DNA from: Candidatus Poribacteria bacterium
Lineage (GTDB): Bacteria; Poribacteria; WGA-4E; PCPOR2b
Direction: 5' to 3'
NCBI GenBank assembly: GCA_003635265.1
Contig: PYIZ01000041.1
Coordinates: 2,465 to 66,464 of the forward strand
Length of the DNA stretch: 64,000 nucleotides
Shown here: positions 57,350-64,000 of the stretch, piece by piece
How positions within the stretch are numbered: the stretch's first letter is position 1
Layout: each line of letters opens with the position of its first letter
Translations under genes and position numbers: made by a program
The notes under the pieces: model-generated
What the model was told of the DNA's origin: nothing
Database searches by the model: none
What the model saw: the letters and a program-made list of their open reading frames with translations, nothing else

Positions 57350-57892
57350 TTATCTCCCCATAAGGTTTCCCAGTATTTCGCGCAATCTCTTTTTCGCCCG
57401 AAACATGTTCGATTTCACAGTGCCGACAGGTTGATTTAGCGTTTCTGCAATAGCTTCAAAACTTAGCCCTTCTATTTCACGCATAACGACAACCGTGCGA
57501 AAATGGAGAGGGAGTTGGGCGATTGCCTGTTGAACCAACTGTTGGCGTTCCTGCCTGATGTAGAGTTCTTCCGGCGACAGATTTGATGATTCAGTGACCG
57601 TGCCTTCGCGCTGATGGTGGGCCAGTGTTTCAATTTCTTCAGTATCTCCCATCGTTAACGGTACTTGAAATCTACGTCGGCGTAACAGATCAATACATAA
57701 ATTATTGGCGCATTTGAGCAACCACGATTGGACTGTTTCAAGTCGTAATTCAGCATTGGAATTCCACGCTTTGATGAAAGTCTCTTGAGTCACGTCCTTT
57801 GCGTCATCTGGGTTATTGAGCAGGTACAGCGCGTGTTGATAGATCTGTGCTTGATACTGCTTGACGAGATCAAGAAATACCTCCTCTGGCAT
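57350..57892 (-). CDS. ECF RNA polymerase sigma factor
   Basis: DAKDVTQETFIKAW, SWL....N..ID..RR, EGLS...IA......GTVKS...RA. Confidence 0.95.
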   Translation of the reverse strand: MPEEVFLDLVKQYQAQIYQHALYLLNNPDDAKDVTQETFIKAWNSNAELRLETVQSWLLKCANNLCIDLLRRRRFQVPLTMGDTEEIETLAHHQREGTVTESSNLSPEELYIRQERQQLVQQAIAQLPLHFRTVVVMREIEGLSFEAIAETLNQPVGTVKSNMFRAKKRLREILGNLMGR

Positions 57893-57930
57893 ATCGTGAC
57901 TCCATGAGCTTTCTCTGAGGTTGCCCTTAC

Positions 57931-57956
57931 TACGAATGCCTCGACAAAAAGTTGCA
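57931..57956 (-). promoter_or_regulatory. ECF-type (SigW-like) autoregulatory promoter
   Basis: Minus strand TGCAAC-N16-CGTA ending 39 nt before the sigma ATG. Confidence 0.7.
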
Positions 57957-58040
57957 TCAAAGTTTGAAAAATTAGCAAATTCTGCAATGTGGGGGCGTGA
58001 GCAAAAAGATGAACCAACGTTCCAAAGATAGAAAACCTTC

Positions 58041-58069
58041 TTGACAATTGATTGCCATCATACTATACT
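58041..58069 (+). promoter_or_regulatory. Sigma70-type promoter
   Basis: TTGACA-N17-TATACT. Confidence 0.75.
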
Positions 58070-58168
58070 TAGCCCAAAACATCAACCGGTCAGAAAATTA
58101 CAACTTCCGTTATCCAAGCGGGACGCTATTAAGGGAACACACTAAAGTAAAAGTTTTGTAGCTACCTT

Positions 58169-59176
58169 ATGAATATCCGGTATCAAACGACTGATCTCAA
58201 ACTTGTTCACCCCTTCAAGATCGCCCGGCGAGCCGTCGATGAATTCCGTCAAGTGATTTCTGTGGAAATTGATGGCGGACTTGGTGAGACAGCTCCCGCG
58301 CGCTTCTATGGCGAAACCGTTGAAACGGTTCAAGTCGCATTTGACCTCCTTGATGCAGGTCTTGGTGCAAATCTTGATGCGATTGAAAGTGTCATGTCAG
58401 AACTTGAATCGGTTCTCGGACGCAACTACGCTGCAAAGTCCGCGATTGACATGGCGCTGCATGACCGGCTTGGGAAAAAGTTAGGCATACCGCTTTATCA
58501 ACTTTGGGGACTCGATCCAACGATGACACCGCTTACCACTTTTACAATCGGGATTGATGAGCCGGAGATAATGCAGCAGAAGGTGCGTGAAGCAGACGTA
58601 TATCCCCTCCTCAAGGTCAAACTCGGCACCGATCGTGACCTAGAACTCATTCGCGCGCTCCGTGAGGTCACGGATAAGCCGATCTATGTGGATGCAAACA
58701 CGGCGTGGACACCCAAAGAAGCAGTGCGTAAGATTCGTGAGCTTGCTCCTTACGGTGTCGAATTGATTGAACAACCCACAAAGCCGGACGATCTGGAGGG
58801 GTTAAAGTTTGTGCGTGAGCATTCAGAACTTCCGATTTTTGCCGATGAAAGTGTGAAACGCGCCGCCGATATACCTTCGCTGGTCGGCTGTGTTGATGGT
58901 ATTAATATTAAGTTGGTCAAATGCGGTGGTCTGCTCGAAGCAATGCGAATCATCCACATTGCACGAGCGCATGGGCTGCAAGTGATGATTGGTTGTATGA
59001 TAGAAAGTTCCCTAGGCATTACGGCAGCAGCACATCTCACACCGCTTGTGGATTACGCAGATCTGGACGGACATCTACTGGTTGCGAATGATCCATATCG
59101 TGGCGTAACACTTGAGAAAGGTAAACTTATCTTACCCGATCTGCCCGGAGTTGGAGTTGTGCCAGTTGAGGGGTAG
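58169..59176 (+). CDS. Dipeptide (L-Ala-D/L-Glu) epimerase, enolase superfamily
   Basis: KVKLG, DAN, EQP, ADES, NIKLVKCGG, GCMIES, DLDG. Confidence 0.92.
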   Translation: MNIRYQTTDLKLVHPFKIARRAVDEFRQVISVEIDGGLGETAPARFYGETVETVQVAFDLLDAGLGANLDAIESVMSELESVLGRNYAAKSAIDMALHDRLGKKLGIPLYQLWGLDPTMTPLTTFTIGIDEPEIMQQKVREADVYPLLKVKLGTDRDLELIRALREVTDKPIYVDANTAWTPKEAVRKIRELAPYGVELIEQPTKPDDLEGLKFVREHSELPIFADESVKRAADIPSLVGCVDGINIKLVKCGGLLEAMRIIHIARAHGLQVMIGCMIESSLGITAAAHLTPLVDYADLDGHLLVANDPYRGVTLEKGKLILPDLPGVGVVPVEG

Positions 59177-59241
59177 ATCCGTTGAGAAATGATGTCCACA
59201 TAGGCGTATCCGTATCTGAGATCAGCTTTCAGGAGAACTGC

Positions 59242-60825
59242 ATGAGTAAAGCTCAGTTATTGAGAGACCATAAAATCGGAAATATTAATAATTTATATTG
59301 GAACTTATCGACACCTACCCTATATGAAGAAGCCCTCAGGCGGGGCGAAGGGCAAATTGCTCAATTTGGTCCTTTTATCGTCGAAACACTACCCCACACA
59401 GGTCGTTCCCCCAACGACAAATTTATCGTTGAACAATCGTCAAATCGAGATAAAATCTCGTGGGGCAAAGTCAACCGTCCCATCTCTGAAGAGCACTTCG
59501 ATCGCGTGTATAATCACATGCTCACTTACATCCAGGGGCGTGATGTCTTTGTTCAAGATTGCTATGCCGGTGCTGACCTACAGCATCGTATCACCGTCCG
59601 TGCTATCACGGAGTATGCGTGGCACAGTCTGTTTACCCAAAGTCTCCTCATCCCAGCTGACAAGTTGTCCCCAGATCGCTCGCCTGATTTTACAATTATT
59701 GATTTTCCGGGGCTTCACGCGAATCCTGAATTGCACGGCACTAACTCGGCGACCTTTATCCTTGTGAATTTTGAACGGAATTTGGTGCTTATTGGCGGCA
59801 CAAGATACGCCGGAGAGATAAAGAAATCGGCATTCACATACCTCAATTACCTATTGCCGAGTCAGGAGGTGCTGCCGATGCACTGCTCGGCGAACCTTGG
59901 ACCCGATGGGGATGTCGCCCTTTTCTTCGGGTTATCTGGAACGGGCAAAACAACGCTCTCCTCTGCGGCGGGTAGAAATCTCATCGGCGATGATGAACAC
60001 GGCTGGAGTGATCACGGTGTTTTCAATTTTGAGGGCGGCTGCTATGCAAAGACAATTAACCTTTCCAAAGAAGCGGAGCCGGAGATTTATGCTTGTACCC
60101 ATAAGTTCGGGACGGTGTTAGAAAACGTGATTCTCAATCCGGGAACGCGCCGAATCGATCTCGATGATGATTCATTAACCGAAAATACGCGTGCGGGCTA
60201 CCCAATTACCCACCTCGATAATATTGTTCCAGAGGGTGTCGGTGGACATCCGAAGAACCTGATTATGCTCACATGCGATGCGTTTGGGGTAATGCCTCCC
60301 GTAGCCAAATTAACGACCGAACAAGCGATGTACCATTTCCTTTCAGGCTATACCGCGAAAGTTGCTGGCACCGAACAGGGATTGGGAGATCGCCCTGAGG
60401 CGACCTTCAGCCACTGCTTCGGCGATCCATTTATGCCCTTAGATCCGGCTGTATATGCTGACATGCTCGGCGAAAAGATAAATCAGCATCAGGTGGATTG
60501 CTGGTTGATAAACACCGGATGGAGTGGTGGTGCCTACGGCGAAGGTTCACGAATGAAGATTGCGTACACCCGCGCCATTGTTGATGCAGTTCTGAAGGGT
60601 AAGCTGACAGATGTCCCCATGGAGCCAGATCCGATTTTCGGATTCCATGTCCCAACTATCTGCGAAGGGGTGCCGTCTGAAGTTCTCAAACCACGTAATA
60701 CATGGAAAGATGGTACGGCTTACGATCTCCAAGCGCGAGAACTCGCTAAGATGTTTGCGGAAAACTTTGAGCAATTTACCGACAGTGCCACAGAAGCTGT
60801 CTGTGCGGCAGGTCCCAAAATCTAA
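59242..60825 (+). CDS. pckA: Phosphoenolpyruvate carboxykinase (ATP)
   Basis: TGRSP.DK, YAGEIKK, MHCSAN, GLSGTGKTTLS, LIGDDEHGW, FNFEGGCYAK, ENTR. Confidence 0.97.
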   Translation: MSKAQLLRDHKIGNINNLYWNLSTPTLYEEALRRGEGQIAQFGPFIVETLPHTGRSPNDKFIVEQSSNRDKISWGKVNRPISEEHFDRVYNHMLTYIQGRDVFVQDCYAGADLQHRITVRAITEYAWHSLFTQSLLIPADKLSPDRSPDFTIIDFPGLHANPELHGTNSATFILVNFERNLVLIGGTRYAGEIKKSAFTYLNYLLPSQEVLPMHCSANLGPDGDVALFFGLSGTGKTTLSSAAGRNLIGDDEHGWSDHGVFNFEGGCYAKTINLSKEAEPEIYACTHKFGTVLENVILNPGTRRIDLDDDSLTENTRAGYPITHLDNIVPEGVGGHPKNLIMLTCDAFGVMPPVAKLTTEQAMYHFLSGYTAKVAGTEQGLGDRPEATFSHCFGDPFMPLDPAVYADMLGEKINQHQVDCWLINTGWSGGAYGEGSRMKIAYTRAIVDAVLKGKLTDVPMEPDPIFGFHVPTICEGVPSEVLKPRNTWKDGTAYDLQARELAKMFAENFEQFTDSATEAVCAAGPKI

Positions 60826-60905
60826 TCGGCTATACGATTTGAGGCTTTCCCTATAGTTTGTGAATCTATATCTGTTTTACGAATCATACGAGAGAGAATC
60901 TTAAA

Positions 60906-61616
60906 ATGGCTGAAAAACGATTTGCGATTGTCACTGGCGGTACTGGTGCGTTGGGAACGGTTGTCACGGAAGTCCTGCTCAAAGAAGGTTACCAAGTTGC
61001 GGTGCCTTACACCTCTGAGCGCAACATCGAACCGTTTGAGCGTCAAATTGGGGACCTCAAAGCGCAAGTAACACTGGTTCGCACAGATCTGACAGTTGAA
61101 ACCGAAGTCCAAAATTTTGTCCAAACCACATTGGATAAATTCGGCCAAATCGACGTTTTAGTAAATACGGTCGGCGGTTTTGTCGGCGGCATCCCAGTTG
61201 CCGAGATGGCTGAGGAACGATGGAATTTTATGATGGATCTGAACCTGAAATCGATCTTTCTCTGCTGCAAAGCGGTGCTGCCACACATGATTGAGCGGAA
61301 GTGTGGAAAAATCGTGAATACCTCTGCGCGTGCAGGATTAAGTGGGATTGCTGGACTGGGTGCCTATTCCGTCTCCAAAAACGGGGTGCGGATTCTCACA
61401 GAATCGATTGCGGAGGAGGTCAAAGATTTAGGGATTAATGTCAACTCCTTGTTGGTGAGTATCATTGATACGCCTGCGAATCGAGAGGGGATGCCCGACG
61501 AAGACCACTCCCGCTGGGTTTCACCCGACGACATCGCCAAAGTCATCCTATTCCTTATTTCCGACGCCGCCGCTATTATCAACGGCGCAGCAATTCCTGT
61601 CTATGGCAGAGCGTAA
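60906..61616 (+). CDS. Short-chain dehydrogenase/reductase
   Basis: TGGTGALG, YSVSK, IDTPANR. Confidence 0.9.
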   Translation: MAEKRFAIVTGGTGALGTVVTEVLLKEGYQVAVPYTSERNIEPFERQIGDLKAQVTLVRTDLTVETEVQNFVQTTLDKFGQIDVLVNTVGGFVGGIPVAEMAEERWNFMMDLNLKSIFLCCKAVLPHMIERKCGKIVNTSARAGLSGIAGLGAYSVSKNGVRILTESIAEEVKDLGINVNSLLVSIIDTPANREGMPDEDHSRWVSPDDIAKVILFLISDAAAIINGAAIPVYGRA

Positions 61617-61635
61617 TTGACGATAAAGGATCAAT

Positions 61636-62691
61636 ATGCAACGACGAAAGTTTTATTTTTGGCTGTCCATTTTCTGTGTGTTGAGTTTGCTGATTTACGG
61701 CTGTGATAATCAGAAAGGTGGGGACAAACAATCGACTGTCCAGACGGAGAGCGGTCAGGAAAGCAAACCGCAAAAGAAGCAGATATGGCTCTCCATCCTC
61801 GGTGGGGCGGTCGGTGGGACGTTTTCACCATTTGCCGGTGGGATTGGGACTGTCGTTTCAAAGGCAGAACCCTCCATCAGAATCTCCGTCGAAGCGTCCG
61901 CTGGATCCATTGAAAACGTACGTCGTGTCCACAGGGGTGGGGACTATATGGGGGTTGCGTTTGCCTCCGATGTCTATCTCGGTTATCATGGGGAAGAGGT
62001 ATTCGCCAAAGAGGGAAAGAAAGAAAACATCCGAGTGTTGACTCTGCTTTACATCGCTTACAATCAATTTGTCACCTTGGCGGACAGCAATGTGCATCAA
62101 TTTGAGGATATTGTCGGGAAGAAAGTTGCGATGGGAGCAGCGGGATCAGGCTCTGCACAGACGCTGGAACGTCTCGCAAAACTTGCTGGAATTCACGGCA
62201 AGTTCTCACCGGTTTATAAGGGAGGAACCGCAGGGGCGGATGCCCTCCGTGATGGACAGGTGAGCGGTTTTCAATGGCTTGTCAATGCACCCAACTCCGC
62301 CATCATTTATGTCTCCGAAATTAAATCTGTTCGCCTGATCGACTTCGACGCTCCCGCCAAAAAGTACGGATTTTACGAGAAGTATCCCTTCTATCTGCCC
62401 GGTAGGCTGCCTGAGAATGCGTACAAAGACGTCCAACCGGTGAATACATTCCTGATGCCGACAGTCCTCATTGCGCACAAAGACATCAGCGAGGAGACAG
62501 TTTACACAATCCTGCAGCGTATGTACGACGAGGCGGGACATCAAACGCTAGTAACTACCACCCCCGCCGCGAAGGATATGACGCTCGGAAATGCGCCGAA
62601 GGCGTTTGTAATTCCGCTGCACCGTGGGGCGGAGCGGTTTTGGAAGGAACGAGGAGTTGAGATTCCGCAGGGGGCGCAAGCTATAGATTAA
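61636..62691 (+). CDS. TAXI-type TRAP transporter solute-binding lipoprotein
   Basis: Lipobox IYG-C, GG.VGGTF, SAGSIEN, GAAGSG, PLHRGAERFWKE. Confidence 0.88.
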   Translation: MQRRKFYFWLSIFCVLSLLIYGCDNQKGGDKQSTVQTESGQESKPQKKQIWLSILGGAVGGTFSPFAGGIGTVVSKAEPSIRISVEASAGSIENVRRVHRGGDYMGVAFASDVYLGYHGEEVFAKEGKKENIRVLTLLYIAYNQFVTLADSNVHQFEDIVGKKVAMGAAGSGSAQTLERLAKLAGIHGKFSPVYKGGTAGADALRDGQVSGFQWLVNAPNSAIIYVSEIKSVRLIDFDAPAKKYGFYEKYPFYLPGRLPENAYKDVQPVNTFLMPTVLIAHKDISEETVYTILQRMYDEAGHQTLVTTTPAAKDMTLGNAPKAFVIPLHRGAERFWKERGVEIPQGAQAID

Positions 62692-62702
62692 ACTGTCTCA
62701 AC

Positions 62703-62734
62703 CCCGCTCGGCTTGGATAGACATATCCAAGCCG
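62703..62734. repeat. Dispersed palindrome between convergent genes (possible bidirectional terminator)
   Basis: cggcttggata-gaca-tatccaagccg; inverse 30-bp copy at 44918-44947. Confidence 0.75.
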
Positions 62735-62759
62735 TCTTTGCGCGTATGCAGTGGATTTG

Positions 62760-63737
62760 TCAATCCACTGCGAGCGGTGATTGGCTTGAGATACACTCCA
62801 ATAGCTGCGGGTGTAGCTTGCCGTTCGTCGCTAAAATTCCGCGGTTGCCGGTCATCCGTCTTCCTTGAGAGAAATCAAGTGCCTGTCCATCGACATCCGT
62901 TACTACTCCACCTGCCTCCTCCACCACTATCATTCCAGCGGCGTGATCCCAGATGCACTCACGGTAATCCGGTGTCGCGGGGTTCGGTAGGCGAATATAG
63001 ACAGATGCTTCACCCCGCGCAAGTACGCCATACTTGCCCTGACCGTCCATCCGGATCGGTGGGTCTATGATGCCGACCTGCTGCGCGATTTGTGCGTGAG
63101 TATCAAGGTCGCTGTGAGTGGATTCAACGCTCTCCGCAAAACGGTGTGTTGCCTCAGAGATATGAATTCGTTCTGAGTCTTGTCCGTCCAACGGCAGCAT
63201 CTGCGTGCCTTTATCTCTCTCTGCAACGAAAAGACAGCCACGTTGCGCCTGCGGATCGTCCAATTTCTGCGGTAGATTCGGGCACCCCAACACCCCAAGT
63301 TTTACCTCTCCATTAACAATCAACGCCAGTGCAATAGCATATTGATCTCCCCGCAAAAACCCTTTCGTGCCATCGATCGGATCCAGCGTCCAGAAACGTT
63401 CTCCCACTTCTCCGCCGCCCCGATCAATCCAATCGCAGACCGTTTGGGTTGAAGGTATCGCTGCGGCAAAGCTATCGACATATCCGGTCACACGCTGCAT
63501 AAGTTGAGGGTTTTCTTGCAACGCTTGAGAATCCTCTTCGGCGACAATGACATCTTCCGGGAATGCCTCGCCAATGGCTTGACAAATTAACGCCTGAGAA
63601 CCGAAATCTGCCACCGTCACAGGGCTTCGATCTGCTTTCTCCACCGCATCCGTTTGTACCATGTCAGTCTGCACCTGCTGGCACAGCTGGGCTGCTCTAA
63701 ATACCGCGCTCATTGCGGTCCGTTTCTCTAATATCAT
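62760..63737 (-). CDS. 3'(2'),5'-bisphosphate nucleotidase, HAL2/SAL1-like
   Basis: SPVTVADFGSQA, AEEDS, WTLDPIDGTKGFLRG.QYA, LGCPNL, ESVE..HS, IWDHAAG. Confidence 0.9.
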   Translation of the reverse strand: MILEKRTAMSAVFRAAQLCQQVQTDMVQTDAVEKADRSPVTVADFGSQALICQAIGEAFPEDVIVAEEDSQALQENPQLMQRVTGYVDSFAAAIPSTQTVCDWIDRGGGEVGERFWTLDPIDGTKGFLRGDQYAIALALIVNGEVKLGVLGCPNLPQKLDDPQAQRGCLFVAERDKGTQMLPLDGQDSERIHISEATHRFAESVESTHSDLDTHAQIAQQVGIIDPPIRMDGQGKYGVLARGEASVYIRLPNPATPDYRECIWDHAAGMIVVEEAGGVVTDVDGQALDFSQGRRMTGNRGILATNGKLHPQLLECISSQSPLAVD

Positions 63738-63752
63738 CTGATATTTAATTTC

Positions 63753-63998
63753 TTAACCTCCGTAGTCAAGGGTACGACGCAAAATGCTGCGATGTCCAAG
63801 ATTGTTTTTGATGTGGTAAATGATGGTGTATGTCCCCGCTGCGGATCGAAATTTGTTGACATCAATAGTCGGGGTAAACCGCACAACCTCTGAGCCGTCG
63901 TTAGGGACATTGAGACGCTGTGAGAAGGGACCGTAGCAGCGTTCACCTAACGGGTTAAGCACTTTCCATGTGATTTCGAGCCAGACTGGACGCGCATC
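63753..63998 (-). CDS. 3' end of a hypothetical protein running off the window
   Basis: Frame open to the edge (DARPVWLEITWKVLNPLGER...LDYGG*); its end contains GGAGG upstream of the next gene. Confidence 0.55.
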   Translation of the reverse strand, partial: DARPVWLEITWKVLNPLGERCYGPFSQRLNVPNDGSEVVRFTPTIDVNKFRSAAGTYTIIYHIKNNLGHRSILRRTLDYGG

Positions 63999-64000
63999 AC

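Overview
64 kb of gene-dense bacterial chromosome with about 55 CDS. I recognised no rRNA, tRNA, CRISPR array or intact transposase. The source is probably Candidatus Poribacteria (inference from the C-terminal AVEPxGKxxTTWGxLK motif, three Fe(II)/2OG PhyH-type dioxygenases, DUF6785- and DUF4159-type proteins and repeat-laden spacers). Most genes are housekeeping or catabolic: manC, thrC, kbl, menG, purE, tsaE, asd, pckA, ggt, a sugar ABC transporter, a PQQ dehydrogenase, a Mo-hydroxylase M/S/L operon and DNA repair genes. Four things stand out. (1) A stand-alone FtsZ paralogue (16460-17881, minus) has an N-terminal ribbon-helix-helix-like domain and a CxxC...HxxxxH segment, altered T3/T7 loops, no C-terminal tail, and twin TGTCnGGACA palindromes over its own promoter. 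(2) An ECF sigma/anti-sigma operon encodes three DUF4252-like proteins and a DUF4252-POTRA-Omp85 fusion. (3) A tandem two-domain cytochrome P460-like lipoprotein and a heme-less Met/Asp-repeat duplicate split an ABC operon. (4) Nested REP/MITE-like palindromes fill the spacers, and one appears inserted in frame into a glycosyltransferase. All family assignments come from motif recognition by eye; no database search was run.
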